The notes below the pieces were generated by a model. It worked only from the letters and a program-made list of their open reading frames with translations. It was not told the DNA's origin and did no database searches. DNA of 64,000 nucleotides from an uncultured Actinomycetota bacterium (lineage in GTDB: Bacteria; Actinomycetota; Actinomycetes; Mycobacteriales; SCTD01). Positions within the stretch are counted from its first letter, which is position 1, and each line of letters starts with the position of its first letter. The translations under genes and the position numbers were made by a program. Where the stretch lies: positions 3,324-67,323 of the forward strand of contig CAWDYD010000003.1 in NCBI GenBank assembly GCA_963806415.1, written 5' to 3'. Below, piece after piece: positions 21,439-33,688 of this stretch.

Positions 21439-22857
21439 GTGCCTGCCCCCCGGCAGCCCCGCCCGTACTCCGGGCGCCCCTCCCGCGGCGCGTCCTCGCG
21501 CCGCCCCGCCGGCCCTGCCGTCAAGAACGAGCTCGAGCTCGCCCTGGACGCGGCCGCGGAGATCCCTGCCCCCGAGGTCGTCCCCACCTTCGCCGAGCTC
21601 GGCCTGCCCGACGCCCTCGTCACCACGCTGGCCCGGCGCGGCATGTCCGCGCCGTTCGCCATCCAGGTCCGCGCGCTGCCCGACGCCCTCGCGGGCCGGG
21701 ACGTGCTGGGCCGCGGCCAGACCGGCTCGGGCAAGACGCTGGCCTTCGGCCTCCCGCTGCTGACCCGCCTGGTCGGCGGGCGCCGCGCCCCCGGTCGCCC
21801 GCGCGCCCTGGTGCTGGTGCCGACCCGTGAGCTCGCCCAGCAGGTGCACGACGCGCTCGCCCCGCTCAGCCAGCCGCTGGACCTGAAGATGTGCACCGTG
21901 TACGGCGGCGCCTCGATGGGCCGCCAGATCGACCAGCTGCGCCGCGGCATCGACGTCGTCGTCGCCACCCCGGGCCGCCTGCAGGACCTCATCGACCAGG
22001 GCGAGTGCGACCTCGGCCAGATCGAGATCACCGTGCTGGACGAGGCCGACCACATGGCCGACCTGGGCTTCCTGCCGGCCGTCACCGCCCTGCTGGACCG
22101 CACCCCCGCCGACAGCCAGCGGCTGCTGTTCTCGGCCACCCTGGACCGCGGCGTCGACCGGCTGGTGCGCACCTTCCTGCGCGACCCGGCGATGCACGCC
22201 GTCGCGTCCTCGGCCTCCCCGGTGGACGCGATGGACCACCAGGTCTTCGCCGTCACGCACTCCGCCAAGACCGACATCGCCGCGGAGATCGCCACCCGGC
22301 CGGCCCGCACGCTGTTCTTCGTGCGCACCAAGCACGGCGCCGACCGGCTCGCCACGCAGCTGCGGATGATGGGCGTCGAGGCGGCCGCGATCCACGGCAA
22401 CCTCACCCAGGGCGCCCGCAAGAAGGCCCTCGACGACTTCAGCACCGGGCACGCCCGGGTGCTGGTCGCCACCGACGTGGCGGCCCGGGGCATCCACGTC
22501 GACGACGTCGACCTGGTCGTGCACTACGACCCGCCGGCCGACCACAAGGACTACCTGCACCGCTCGGGGCGGACCGCCCGCGCCGGCAACACCGGCACGG
22601 TCATCTCCTTCGTGCTGTCCGACCAGGTCCGCGACCACCAGCGGATGCGCGAGCGCGCCGGTGTCGAGGCCAACGCCGTCGCCGTCGTGCCCGGCCACCC
22701 GGCGGTCCGCGCGGTCGCCGAGTCCGGCGAGCCGATCGTCGTGCTGCCGCGGATCCACAGCCCGCGCGGCCGGTCCGGCGGCGGACGGCCGCGCCGTCCC
22801 GGCACCGGGCGCCCGGCGGGCTCGTACGCCGGCCGCTCGAGCAGCGCCGCCCGCTAG
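21439..22857 (+). CDS. DEAD-box RNA helicase
   Basis: Q motif, GSGKT, PTRELA, DEAD, SAT, HRSGRTAR. Confidence 0.95.
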   Translation: MPAPRQPRPYSGRPSRGASSRRPAGPAVKNELELALDAAAEIPAPEVVPTFAELGLPDALVTTLARRGMSAPFAIQVRALPDALAGRDVLGRGQTGSGKTLAFGLPLLTRLVGGRRAPGRPRALVLVPTRELAQQVHDALAPLSQPLDLKMCTVYGGASMGRQIDQLRRGIDVVVATPGRLQDLIDQGECDLGQIEITVLDEADHMADLGFLPAVTALLDRTPADSQRLLFSATLDRGVDRLVRTFLRDPAMHAVASSASPVDAMDHQVFAVTHSAKTDIAAEIATRPARTLFFVRTKHGADRLATQLRMMGVEAAAIHGNLTQGARKKALDDFSTGHARVLVATDVAARGIHVDDVDLVVHYDPPADHKDYLHRSGRTARAGNTGTVISFVLSDQVRDHQRMRERAGVEANAVAVVPGHPAVRAVAESGEPIVVLPRIHSPRGRSGGGRPRRPGTGRPAGSYAGRSSSAAR

Positions 22858-22864
22858 TCCCCGT

Positions 22865-22892
22865 CCGGGCGTCCCGTGCGCGGGACGCCCGG
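22865..22892 (+). terminator. Hairpin after the helicase gene
   Basis: CCGGGCGTCCCG-tgcg-CGGGACGCCCGG. Confidence 0.6.
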
Positions 22893-22910
22893 GCTGGCAG
22901 GGTGGCGGGC

Positions 22911-24080
22911 ATGACCGGCCCGCTGTCCCTGCGCCTGCCGCCCGAGCTCGCCGAGCGGCTCGTCCAGCAGCTCCCGTCGCTCGCCGACGAGGTCGTCGCC
23001 GCGATCGCCGGTGAGGTCCCGGCGTACGCCCGGCCGCTCGAGGGCGGCTTCGGCGCCGGCGTCCGGCGGGGCGTGCAGCTCGCGCTGGCCCGCTTCCTGG
23101 CCCTGGCGGGCGAGGAGCCCGGCTCCGACGAGGCCCGGGCGGCCCGTGGGCGTGAGGTCTACATCGAGCTGGGCCGCGGCGAGGCCCGGGTCGGGCGCTC
23201 GCTGGACGCGCTGCTCGGCGCCTACCGGACCGGCGCGCGCGTCGCCTGGGCGCGGCTCGCCCAGATGGGCCTGGACGCCGGGCTGCCCGCCGACGCGCTG
23301 GTGCAGCTGGCGGCGGCGGTCTTCGCCTACATCGACGAGCTGTCGGCGGCCAGCGCCGAGGGCTTCACCGCCGAGCAGTCCGCGCTGGCCGGGGACCGCG
23401 AGCGCCGCCAGCGCACGCTCGCCCAGCTGCTGCTCACCGAGGTGCCGGCCTGGCAGGTCGAGGAGGCCGCGACGGTCGCCGGCTGGCCGCCCCCGGCCAC
23501 GCTGACAGCGGTGCTGGTCCCGGTGCGGGCCGGTCGCGAGGTGGCCGCCCGGTGGGACGCCCGGACGCTGCTCGCCGCCGAGGACGACCGCTCCGGCACC
23601 GCCCTGCTGCTGCTGCCCGACGTGGACGGCCCGGGCCAGCGGGACCGGCTCTCCCGCCTGCTGGCCGGCCGCCCGTCGGTGGTGGGCCTGCCCCGGCCGT
23701 GGCTGGAGGCCCGCTTGTCGGTCGCGCTGGTCCGCCGCGCCGTCGCCGGCGCGGAGCCCACGGGCGTGCAGCGGGTCGAGGACCGGCTGGCCGCGCTCGT
23801 CGTGACCGCCGACCCGTTGGCCCTGGCCGAGCTCACCGCCCGCCGGCTGGCGCCGTTCGCGGACCTCACGCCGCGCAGCCGGGAGCGTCTGCTGGACACC
23901 CTGCGCGTCTGGCTGGCGCACCACGGGGACCGGCAGGCCGTCGCGGCCGAGCTGGCGATCCACCCGCAGACCGTGCGCTACCGCGTCGGGCTGCTCCGGG
24001 ACCTGCTCGGCGACGACCTCGCCGACCCGCTGCGCCGGTTCGAGCTGACGCTGGTCCTGCACTCCCGGCCGAGCGGCTGA
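22911..24080 (+). CDS. PucR/CdaR family transcriptional regulator
   Basis: C-terminal HTH LLDTLRVWL...VAAELAIHPQTVRYR. Confidence 0.9.
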   Translation: MTGPLSLRLPPELAERLVQQLPSLADEVVAAIAGEVPAYARPLEGGFGAGVRRGVQLALARFLALAGEEPGSDEARAARGREVYIELGRGEARVGRSLDALLGAYRTGARVAWARLAQMGLDAGLPADALVQLAAAVFAYIDELSAASAEGFTAEQSALAGDRERRQRTLAQLLLTEVPAWQVEEAATVAGWPPPATLTAVLVPVRAGREVAARWDARTLLAAEDDRSGTALLLLPDVDGPGQRDRLSRLLAGRPSVVGLPRPWLEARLSVALVRRAVAGAEPTGVQRVEDRLAALVVTADPLALAELTARRLAPFADLTPRSRERLLDTLRVWLAHHGDRQAVAAELAIHPQTVRYRVGLLRDLLGDDLADPLRRFELTLVLHSRPSG

Positions 24081-24090
24081 GAGCGCCCGG

Positions 24091-25374
24091 TCAGGTGGCG
24101 CAGGCGGCGGCCGGTTCGGCTCGCGCGTCGAGCCGGCGCATCACCGGCCCCGCCGTCACGCCGTGCAGGACCACCGAGCCCGCGAGCGCCAGCCCCACCA
24201 CCGCCCACACGGTGTCGGCGCCGGGGAAGGGCGCCTCGTTGAGCGCGTAGGCCACGTAGAACACCGAGCCGATTCCGCGGACGCCGAAGAACGCCATCGC
24301 CGAGCGCTGCCCCTGCGTGCCGCAGGAGCCGCGCAACGCGAGCCCGCCGGACAGCGGCCGGACCACCAGCAGCAGCAGCGCGGCGACGGCCAGCTCCCGC
24401 CAGCCCACCCGGGCCAGCAGGCCGTCGGTGAGCGCCATCCCGAGCAGCAGCAGCACCAGCACGGTGAGCAGCCGCTCGACCTGCTCGACGAAGTGGTGCA
24501 GCTCGCGGTGGTAGTCGTGGAAGCGCTCGGAGCCGCGGACCACGACCGCGGCGACGAACACCGCAAGGAAGCCGTAGCCGTGCAGCACCTCGCCGACCCC
24601 GTACGCCAGGAAGGTCGCGGCGATCGCGACGAACCCCTCGCGGTGCTCCGACAGCCGCAGGCTGCGCGACGTGGCCGAGAAGACCAGCTTGCCGAGCAGC
24701 CAGCCGACGGCCACCCCGACCAGGAGGCCGACGGCGATCTTGTACGCGACGTCGACGGCGAGCCAGGAGCCGACCCAGCCGCCGACCCCGGGGCCCTCGG
24801 TGGCCATCAGCACCGCTGCTCCGACGAAGGGGAAGGCGAGCGCGTCGTTGAGGCCGGCCTCGCTGGTCAGCCCGAAGCGCACCTCGTCCTCGGCCGCGTC
24901 CAGCTCGGCGCCGTCCAGCGGCTCGGTGGCCGGCTCGCCGACCTGCACCTCGCCGGCCAGCACCGGGTCGGTGGGGGCCAGCGCGGCGCCGAGCAGCAGG
25001 GCGGTGGCCGGCGCCAGGCCGAGCAGCAGGTCGCCGAGAACGGCGACCGACGCGATGGTCAGCGGCATCGTGATGCCGAGCAGCCGCCACGTGGTGGCCC
25101 AGCGCCGCAGGCCGGGCGGCCGGTCGAGGCCGAGCCCCGCGCCCATCAGCGCCACCAGCACGGTCATCTCGGCGAGGTGCTCGACGACGACCGGGTGCCG
25201 GGCCGGGATCGCCTCGAACGGCAGGCCGGGCAGCAGGCCGAGCAGGGCGCCGGATCCCAGGAAGATCATCGGTAGCGACAGCGGCCGACCGGTGAGCAGC
25301 CGGGGGAGCAGGGCGGCGAGCAGCGCCCCGGCGCCGACGACGAGGAAGACGACGTCGGTCAGGCTCAGGGTCAC
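24091..25374 (-). CDS. Cation:proton antiporter (CPA1/NhaP-like)
   Basis: [25 protein letters not shown]; many TM segments. Confidence 0.9.
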   Translation of the reverse strand: MTLSLTDVVFLVVGAGALLAALLPRLLTGRPLSLPMIFLGSGALLGLLPGLPFEAIPARHPVVVEHLAEMTVLVALMGAGLGLDRPPGLRRWATTWRLLGITMPLTIASVAVLGDLLLGLAPATALLLGAALAPTDPVLAGEVQVGEPATEPLDGAELDAAEDEVRFGLTSEAGLNDALAFPFVGAAVLMATEGPGVGGWVGSWLAVDVAYKIAVGLLVGVAVGWLLGKLVFSATSRSLRLSEHREGFVAIAATFLAYGVGEVLHGYGFLAVFVAAVVVRGSERFHDYHRELHHFVEQVERLLTVLVLLLLGMALTDGLLARVGWRELAVAALLLLVVRPLSGGLALRGSCGTQGQRSAMAFFGVRGIGSVFYVAYALNEAPFPGADTVWAVVGLALAGSVVLHGVTAGPVMRRLDARAEPAAACAT

Positions 25375-25432
25375 GGGGGCGCGATGCCCGCTCCCGATCC
25401 CGCTCAAGCCGGCCCGGGGTGGCGGCTGTGGG

Positions 25433-26590
25433 TCAGAGCGCTGCGTACAGGGCCGTCTCGAGGTCGACGTAGACCTGGTAGACCTCCGGCGTCACGAACG
25501 GCAGCGTCTGGGTGTACACCGAGCAGGTGACCCCGGTCGTCCGGTCGACCCAGAAGTGCGTGTTGCACAGCCCGGCCCAGGCCCCGCTGCCGGCCCGGCG
25601 CCGGCCGGGTACGTCCGCGGTGTTGAGCAGCAGCCCGTAGCCCCAGGTGTGCCCGGGGCCGGCGGCGAAGTCGTGCGAGGAGGCCGGGTCGGCGGTGCGG
25701 ATCAGCGGGGGGAACTCCAGCGGGGCGATCTGGTCGGAGAAGGCCGCCTCGACCGTCTCCTCGGACAGGACCCGGGTGCCGTCCAGCTCGCCACCCCCGA
25801 GCAGCGCCCGCTGGAACCGCAGGTAGTCCCGTGGGGTCGAGTGCAGGCCGTGGCCGGCCGCCCAGTACTCCGGGTCGACGCGGAGCTCGACCTCGCTGGG
25901 CGCCCACGTGCCGTCCTCGCCCCGCAGGTGGACGGGCACCAGGTCGGCGCGCTGCGCGTCGCTCGGGGCGAACTCGGTCTCGCCCATCCCGAGCGGTCCG
26001 GTGACGCCCTCCTTGATCACGACGTCCAGCGTCGTCCCGGCGACGGCCTCGACCACCTGGCCGAGCCAGTCGGTGTTGGTGCCGTAGACGAAGGCGGTGC
26101 CGGGGTCGGCGACCAGCGGCGCGGTGAAGATCACCTTGGAGCCGGACAGGACGTTGGGGGTGCCGGTGACCGCCTCGAAGCGCCCCAGGTCGGCGTTCCA
26201 GAACCAGTAGCCCAGCCCGGCGGTGTGCGTCACGAGCTGCTTCACGGTGGCCCTGCTCGCCGGCGGCCGCAGCCGGGGGGTGTCGCCGTCGAAGCCGTCG
26301 AGCACCTGCAGGTCGGCGAAGGACGGGCAGTACTGCTCGATCGGGGCGTCGAGGTCGAGCCGGCCCTGCTCGACCTGCTGCAGCGCGGCGACGGTCGCCA
26401 CCATCTTCGTCATCGACATGATGCGGAAGTGGCTGTCCGGGGTCACCGGCTCGGGGGAGCCGACGGCGCGCGGACCGGCAGCGCCCTCGTAGATCACCCC
26501 GGAGCGGTCGGCCGCGACGGCGACGGCGTTGGGCACCGCGCCGCTGTCGACGGCGTCCTGCAGCACACGGTCCAGCGCAGCGGTGTCCAT
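25433..26590 (-). CDS. Serine hydrolase (beta-lactamase fold esterase)
   Basis: SMTK, THTAG, FVYGTN, WAG motifs. Confidence 0.88.
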   Translation of the reverse strand: MDTAALDRVLQDAVDSGAVPNAVAVAADRSGVIYEGAAGPRAVGSPEPVTPDSHFRIMSMTKMVATVAALQQVEQGRLDLDAPIEQYCPSFADLQVLDGFDGDTPRLRPPASRATVKQLVTHTAGLGYWFWNADLGRFEAVTGTPNVLSGSKVIFTAPLVADPGTAFVYGTNTDWLGQVVEAVAGTTLDVVIKEGVTGPLGMGETEFAPSDAQRADLVPVHLRGEDGTWAPSEVELRVDPEYWAAGHGLHSTPRDYLRFQRALLGGGELDGTRVLSEETVEAAFSDQIAPLEFPPLIRTADPASSHDFAAGPGHTWGYGLLLNTADVPGRRRAGSGAWAGLCNTHFWVDRTTGVTCSVYTQTLPFVTPEVYQVYVDLETALYAAL

Positions 26591-26695
26591 CGGGGCTCCC
26601 AGGGGGTCAGGTCGGCGGGGCACCGAGACTCCTCTGCGGCCCAGGCCGCGTCAACGAGTGCCGACCCGGGCGAACCGGGCCCGTTCCCCGTACAC

Positions 26696-26722
26696 TTGGC
26701 ACTCCCGTGGAGAGAGTGCCAG
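26696..26722 (+). promoter_or_regulatory. CIRCE element (HrcA operator)
   Basis: TTGGCACTC-N9-GAGTGCCAG abutting a TACACT -10, directly upstream of hrcA. Confidence 0.9.
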
Positions 26723-26734
26723 GAGGAGGTGCCC

Positions 26735-27754
26735 GTGCTGGAAGACCGCAAGCTCGAGGTCCTCCGGGCGATCGTCACGGACTTCGTCTCCAACAACGAG
26801 CCGGTCGGCAGCAAGGCGCTGGCCGAGCGCCATGCCCTCGGGGTCAGCCCGGCCACCGTGCGCAACGACATGGCCGCCCTGGAGGACGAGGGGTACATCA
26901 CCCACCCGCACACCAGCGCGGGCCGGATCCCCACCGACAAGGGCTACCGGCTGTTCGTGGACCGGCTGTCGCAGGTCAAGCCGCTGTCGCAGGCCGAGCG
27001 GCGGGCCATCCAGAGCTTCCTGGAGGGCGCCGTCGACCTCGACGACGTCGTCCGGCGCACCGTCCGGCTGCTCGCCCAGCTCACCCATCAGGTGGCGATG
27101 GTGCAGTACCCGAGCCTGTCGCGCAGCGCCGTCCGGCACCTCGAGATCGTGCACCTGGCGCCGAACCGGCTGCTCATCGTGCTGATCACCGACACCGGGC
27201 GGGTCGAGCAGCGGGTGCTCGAGCTGCCGGCCGTGCTGACCGACGACGACGTCGCCCACCTGCGGGTGGCGTTCGGCGCGCGGCTGCACGGCGCCCGGCT
27301 GATGGACGCGCCGGCGGCGCTGTCCGACCTGCCGGACGCCGCCCCGGTGGCCATCCGCCCGGTCCTGACCAGCATCATGGCGGTGGTCCTGGAGACGCTC
27401 GTCGAGAAGCCCGAGGAGCGCATCGCGCTGGGCGGCACCGCGAACCTGACCCGGCACGCGATGGACTTCCCGCGGACCCTGCGGCCGGTCCTCGAGTCCC
27501 TCGAGGAGCAGGTCGTCCTGCTCAAGCTCATGGGCGAGGTCAACGACCCGGCCACCGTGCACGTGAAGATCGGCGAGGAGAACAGCGTGGAGGGCCTGCG
27601 ATCCACCTCGGTGGTGACGGTCGGCTACGGCCCCGAGGACGGCGCGTACGCCGGGCTCGGTGTCGTCGGACCGACCCGGATGGACTACGCGGGGAACATC
27701 AGCAGCGTGCGGGCGGTCGCCCGGTACGTCGGCGACCTGCTCGCGGGCAGCTGA
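26735..27754 (+). CDS. hrcA: Heat-inducible transcription repressor HrcA
   Basis: [36 protein letters not shown]. Confidence 0.97.
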   Translation: MLEDRKLEVLRAIVTDFVSNNEPVGSKALAERHALGVSPATVRNDMAALEDEGYITHPHTSAGRIPTDKGYRLFVDRLSQVKPLSQAERRAIQSFLEGAVDLDDVVRRTVRLLAQLTHQVAMVQYPSLSRSAVRHLEIVHLAPNRLLIVLITDTGRVEQRVLELPAVLTDDDVAHLRVAFGARLHGARLMDAPAALSDLPDAAPVAIRPVLTSIMAVVLETLVEKPEERIALGGTANLTRHAMDFPRTLRPVLESLEEQVVLLKLMGEVNDPATVHVKIGEENSVEGLRSTSVVTVGYGPEDGAYAGLGVVGPTRMDYAGNISSVRAVARYVGDLLAGS

Positions 27755-27769
27755 CCGGATGGACATCTG

Positions 27770-28875
<1,106 letters not shown>

Positions 28876-28879
<4 letters not shown>

Positions 28880-29589
28880 GCCGGCCGGTCTTCCTCGCGG
28901 ACGACCTCGAGGACGACCGCATCCGGCTCGCCGGGGCCGAGGGGCGCCATGCCGCCGGTGCGCGGCGGCTGCAGCCCGGGGAGGCCGTGGACCTCGTCGA
29001 CGGCCGTGGCACCCGGGCGGACTGCCGGGTGCTGACCAGCGGCCGCGACGAGCTGCTGCTGGAGGTGCTCGGCCGGACCGTCGAGCCGGAGCCGGCCCCC
29101 CGGCTGGTCCTCGTCCAGGCGCTGCCCAAGGGCGATCGCGGTGAGCTGGCGGTCGAGCTCGCCACCGAGGTCGGCGTCGACGCCGTCATCCCGTGGGCGG
29201 CCGCCCGTTGCGTCATGCAGTGGAAGGGCGAACGCGGGGAGCGCCAGCGCGAGCGCTGGCAGGCGACCGCCCGGGAGGCGGCCAAGCAGTCCCGCCGGGC
29301 CTGGGTGCCGCAGGTCTCCGCGCTGCACAGCACGGCCGCCCTGCGCACCCGGCTGGCCGATGCCACCGTGCTCGTCCTGCACGAGCAGGCCTCAAGGCCG
29401 CTCACCGCCGTCGACCTGCCGGGATCGGGGGAGCTGGCCGTCGTCGTGGGCCCGGAGGGGGGCCTGACGGTGGAGGAGCTCGACGCGCTCGGCGGCACCG
29501 CCGTCCGGCTCGGGCCCACCGTGCTGCGCACCTCGACCGCCGGAGCCGCGGCCGCCGCCGTGCTGTCCGCCCGTACCGGTCGCTGGTGA
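28876..29589 (+). CDS. rsmE: 16S rRNA m3U1498 methyltransferase
   Basis: [31 protein letters not shown]. Confidence 0.95.
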
Positions 29590-29650
29590 CCGCACCGGGG
29601 CTGCGGTGCGTCGCACCGTCGCGCGACGTACGGCGTCCTACGCTCCGGCC

Positions 29651-30059
29651 GTGACCGCTTCGCCCCGCCCCGGCACCGGCCGCCGGTCGGTCGGAGCCGG
29701 CCTGCTCGCCCTGTGCCTCGCGCCGGTGCTGCTGTCCGCCTCGCCGGTGGCAGCCGCTCCGACCCCGCGCCCGACGGCGACCACGACGGGCACGCCCACG
29801 GCGGGCGCCGGCCGTGTCGAAGGCGCCGGCCGGGACGAAGGCGCCGGCCGGGACGACGGCGCCGGCGACCGGGACGCCGACCCCGGCGCCGACCCCGGCG
29901 CCGGCGGTCGCCCCGGCCCCGGTGCCGGCCGCGGCCCGGGCCGCCCCGGCCGACCCGCCGCTCGCCGGCATCGAGCTCGCGCTGCTGGGTACGGCGGCGC
30001 TGCTCGCCGTCGGCGGCGGTGCGGGACTGTGGCGGACACGGACCTCGAGAGGGAGCTGA
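29651..30059 (+). CDS. Small secreted/membrane-anchored Pro-Thr-Ala-rich protein (one frameshift)
   Basis: Signal-peptide-like N-terminus in the frame of ORF 29606; low-complexity linker, TM and basic tail in the frame of ORF 29814..30059. Confidence 0.55.
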
Positions 30060-30060
30060 G

Positions 30061-30402
30061 ATGGCGAACTGCCTGTTCTGCCGTGTGGTGGCCGGCGAGG
30101 TGCCGGCCGAGGTCGTGGCCGAGACCGAGCGCACGGTCGCGTTCCGCGACATCACGCCGCAGGCCCCGGTGCACGTGCTGGTCGTCCCGCGCGCGCACCA
30201 CCCGGACGTCGCGGCGGCGGTGGCCGCCGATCCCGCACTGGTGGCTGACGTGCTCGCCGCAGCGGTCGACGTGGCCCGGTCCGAGGAGCTGGCCGACGGC
30301 TACCGGCTGGTGCTCAACACCGGGCCGGACGGCGGGCAGACCGTGCACCACCTGCACGTGCACGTCCTGGGCGGCCGCGGGATGCGCTGGCCACCCGGCT
30401 GA
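30061..30402 (+). CDS. HIT family nucleotide-binding protein
   Basis: MANCLFC, FRDITPQAPVH, GQTVHHLHVH. Confidence 0.93.
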   Translation: MANCLFCRVVAGEVPAEVVAETERTVAFRDITPQAPVHVLVVPRAHHPDVAAAVAADPALVADVLAAAVDVARSEELADGYRLVLNTGPDGGQTVHHLHVHVLGGRGMRWPPG

Positions 30403-30468
30403 TCGGCGCCGCGCGGGTAGGCTGAGCAGGCCCCGACATCCCGGAGAGAGCAGGCGACGACCCGCATC

Positions 30469-31539
30469 GTGCCCGACATTCCCGCCACTCCCGCGTCCGG
30501 CAGCGGGGCGCCCGCGTCCAGGAACGTGACGACCCGGATCGTCGTCCCGGGCGGCCACTCGATGGTGAGCCTGCTCGGCAGCGGCGACGCCCTGCTGCGC
30601 GTCGTCGAGGGGCTGGTCCGCAGCGACGTCCACGTCCGGGGCAACGAGATCACCCTGACCGGTGCGCCGGCCGACAACGCCCTGGCGGCGGGCCTGTTCG
30701 AGCAGCTCCTGCTGCTGCTCGACCGCGGCGAGGTGCTCACCGCGGACGCCGTGGAGCGCAGCCTGGCGATGCTCACCAAGGACGACGGCGACAAGCCGGC
30801 CGACGTGCTCACCCTGAACATCCTGTCGAACCGCGGCCGCACGATCCGGCCGAAGACCGTCAACCAGAAGCGGTACGTCGAGGCGATCGACCGGCACACG
30901 ATCGTGTTCGGGATCGGGCCGGCCGGTACCGGCAAGACCTACCTGGCGATGGCGAAGGCCGTGCAGGCGCTGCAGGCCAAGCAGGTCAACCGGCTGATCC
31001 TCACCCGGCCGGCGGTGGAGGCGGGGGAGAAGCTCGGGTTCCTGCCCGGCACCCTGTACGACAAGATCGACCCGTACCTGCGGCCGTTGTACGACGCGCT
31101 GCACGACATGCTCGACCCGGAGTCGATTCCGCGGCTGATGGCGGCGGGCACGATCGAGGTGGCCCCGCTGGCGTACATGCGCGGCCGCACCCTCAACGAC
31201 GCCTTCATCATCCTGGACGAGGCCCAGAACACCTCGGCCGAGCAGATGAAGATGTTCCTGACCCGGCTGGGCTTCGGCAGCAAGATCGTCGTCACCGGGG
31301 ACGTCACGCAGGTCGACCTGCCGAGCGGCACGACCAGCGGGCTGCGCGTCGTCCGGGACATCCTGGAGGACGTCGAGGACGTGCACTTCGCCACTCTGAC
31401 CAGCACCGACGTGGTGCGGCACAAGCTGGTCAGCCGGATCGTCGACGCCTACGACCAGTACGACGCCGAGCAGGACTCGCTGCGCCCGCAGTCCCGCGCC
31501 GCCGGTCGCCGCGACGACGCCAAGCGCGGTCCCCGGTGA
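30469..31539 (+). CDS. phoH: PhoH family protein
   Basis: [27 protein letters not shown]. Confidence 0.95.
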   Translation: MPDIPATPASGSGAPASRNVTTRIVVPGGHSMVSLLGSGDALLRVVEGLVRSDVHVRGNEITLTGAPADNALAAGLFEQLLLLLDRGEVLTADAVERSLAMLTKDDGDKPADVLTLNILSNRGRTIRPKTVNQKRYVEAIDRHTIVFGIGPAGTGKTYLAMAKAVQALQAKQVNRLILTRPAVEAGEKLGFLPGTLYDKIDPYLRPLYDALHDMLDPESIPRLMAAGTIEVAPLAYMRGRTLNDAFIILDEAQNTSAEQMKMFLTRLGFGSKIVVTGDVTQVDLPSGTTSGLRVVRDILEDVEDVHFATLTSTDVVRHKLVSRIVDAYDQYDAEQDSLRPQSRAAGRRDDAKRGPR

Positions 31540-32030
31540 GCGTCGAGGTCGCCAACGAGAGCGGCACCGAGGTCGACGAGTCCTCGCTCGTCGCGGTCGC
31601 CCGCCACGTGCTGGACCGGCTGGGCGTCTCGCCGCTGGCCGACCTGTCGCTGCTGCTCGTCGACGTCGTGGCGATGGAGGAGCTGCACGTCCGGTGGATG
31701 TCCGAGCCGGGCCCGACCGACGTCCTGGCCTTCCCGATGGACGAGCTGGACCTGCGCGGTTCGCGCGGCGTCGGACCGGACGGCTCCGACGAGCCGGACG
31801 ACGGCACCCCGGTGGTCCTCGGCGACGTCGTGCTCTGCCCCGAGGTCGCGGCCCGCCAGGCGGTCGAGGCCGGGCACTCGCCCGAGGCGGAGCTGCACCT
31901 GCTGTGCACGCACGGCGTGCTGCACCTGCTGGGCTACGACCACGGCGAGCCGGCGGAGCACGCCGAGATGTTCGGCCTGCAGGCCGAGCTGCTGTCGTCC
32001 TGGCGCGAGGCGCGTGCTGCCGGCTCGTGA
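31536..32030 (+). CDS. ybeY: rRNA maturation RNase YbeY
   Basis: [19 protein letters not shown]. Confidence 0.96.
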   Translation: MSVEVANESGTEVDESSLVAVARHVLDRLGVSPLADLSLLLVDVVAMEELHVRWMSEPGPTDVLAFPMDELDLRGSRGVGPDGSDEPDDGTPVVLGDVVLCPEVAARQAVEAGHSPEAELHLLCTHGVLHLLGYDHGEPAEHAEMFGLQAELLSSWREARAAGS

Positions 32031-33295
32031 CCCGTACTGATATCGGACCGCTGCTGGTCGCCGCCCTGTTCGTCCTGGGCGCCGGCCTGCTCGCCGGCGT
32101 CGAGGTGGCGCTGGCCCGGGTCAGCCGTGTCCGCGTCGAGGAGCTGGTCCGGGAGGGCCGGGCCGGCGCGGGGCGCCTGCAGCGCGTGCTCGCCGACCCG
32201 CCGCGCACCCTCAACCTGCTGCTGCTGCTGCGGCTCACCGCCGAGCTGGCCGCCGCCGGCATCGTCACCTCCTACGCCGTGGACCGGATCAGCGGCTCGA
32301 AGGCGGTCGCCCTCGCGGTGCTCGTCATGGTGCTCGTCAGCTACGTGCTCATCGGGGTCGCGCCCCGCACGGTGGGGCGGCAGCAGGCCGAGCGCATCGC
32401 GCTGCTGGGGGCGCCGCTCGCGCTCGGGCTCACCCGGGTCTTCGGGCCGGTGCCGAAGCTGCTCATCCTGCTCGGGAACGCCCTCACCCCCGGGCGCGGG
32501 CTGCGCGAGGGGCCGTTCGCCTCCGAGGCCGAGCTGCGTGACCTCGTCGACCTCGCCCAGGAGCGGGGCGTCGTCGAGGAGGCCGAGCGCGACATGATCG
32601 ACAACGTCTTCGACCTCGGCGACACGATCGCGCGCGAGGTGATGGTCCCGCGCACCGACATGGTGGTCATCGAGCACAGCAAGACCGTCCGGCAGGCGCT
32701 GAACCTGGCGCTGCGCAGCGGCTTCAGCCGGGTCCCGGTGGTCGGCGACAGCACCGACGACATCCTCGGTGTGGCCTACCTCAAGGACCTGGTGCTCGCC
32801 GAGCGCGCCCCGGGCGGGGCGGACCGGCCGGTCGAGCGGGTGATGCGGGCACCGGTGTTCGTGCCGGACAGCAAGCCGGTCGACGACCTGCTGCGGGAGA
32901 TGCAGGCCTCGCTCGGCCACATCGCCGTCGTCGTGGACGAGTACGGCGGCACGGCCGGCCTGGTGACGATGGAGGACGTGATCGAGGAGATCGTCGGCGA
33001 GATCGTCGACGAGTACGACCAGGAGCGCCCACCGGTCGAGCAGCTGGACGAGGACACGTACCGGGTGACCGCCCGGCTCCCGGTCGAGGACCTCGAGGAG
33101 CTCTTCGAGGTCGAGCTGGGTCATGACGACGTGGAGACCGTCGGCGGCCTGCTCGCCAGCGCCCTGGGGCGCGTCCCGATCCCAGGGGCCACCGCGACCC
33201 TGGCGGGTGTCACGCTCGTCGCCGAGACGGCGGCCGGTCGGCGCAACCAGATCACGACGGTGCTGGCCAGCCGCACCGGAGAGCAGGAGGAGTAG
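32027..33295 (+). CDS. Hemolysin family (CNNM-CBS-CorC) protein
   Basis: TM N-terminus, [22 protein letters not shown]. Confidence 0.93.
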   Translation: MTRTDIGPLLVAALFVLGAGLLAGVEVALARVSRVRVEELVREGRAGAGRLQRVLADPPRTLNLLLLLRLTAELAAAGIVTSYAVDRISGSKAVALAVLVMVLVSYVLIGVAPRTVGRQQAERIALLGAPLALGLTRVFGPVPKLLILLGNALTPGRGLREGPFASEAELRDLVDLAQERGVVEEAERDMIDNVFDLGDTIAREVMVPRTDMVVIEHSKTVRQALNLALRSGFSRVPVVGDSTDDILGVAYLKDLVLAERAPGGADRPVERVMRAPVFVPDSKPVDDLLREMQASLGHIAVVVDEYGGTAGLVTMEDVIEEIVGEIVDEYDQERPPVEQLDEDTYRVTARLPVEDLEELFEVELGHDDVETVGGLLASALGRVPIPGATATLAGVTLVAETAAGRRNQITTVLASRTGEQEE

Positions 33296-33297
33296 GC

Positions 33298-33645
33298 GTG
33301 GACCCCGAGGACACCAAGATCGTGACCCTGGCGCGGGGAGCCCGGCTGCGGGCGCACGCCCCGCACACCGGGTTGCGCGAGGGCGCGGCGGTCCGCGACA
33401 CCGACGGCCGGACGTACGCCGCCGGGACGGTGGAGAACCGGGACCCGGCGCTCACGACGTCGGCGCTGCGGGCGGCCGTGGCCGCCGGGGCGTCCAGCGG
33501 GGTGCGCACCTTCGAGGCGGCCGCGCTGGTCACCGAGGGCCTGGTCTCGACGGCCGACCTCGCGGTGCTCCGGGAGTTCGGGGTCGGGGTGCCGGTGCAC
33601 GTCGCCGGCACCGACGGCGTGGTGCGGGAGACCCTGCGCACCTGA
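33298..33645 (+). CDS. Cytidine deaminase-like protein (degenerate active site)
   Basis: GAAVRDTDGRTY..GTVEN; sits in the cdd position before era; no HxE or PCxxC. Confidence 0.75.
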   Translation: MDPEDTKIVTLARGARLRAHAPHTGLREGAAVRDTDGRTYAAGTVENRDPALTTSALRAAVAAGASSGVRTFEAAALVTEGLVSTADLAVLREFGVGVPVHVAGTDGVVRETLRT

Positions 33646-33688
33646 CCGCACCCGGCCCGAGTCGACCGTCCGGCAGACTGGTCGCACC

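Noticed and set aside
26656-26664. Second CIRCE
   Set aside because: Only the right half-site GAGTGCCGA; no matching left arm at 9-nt spacing
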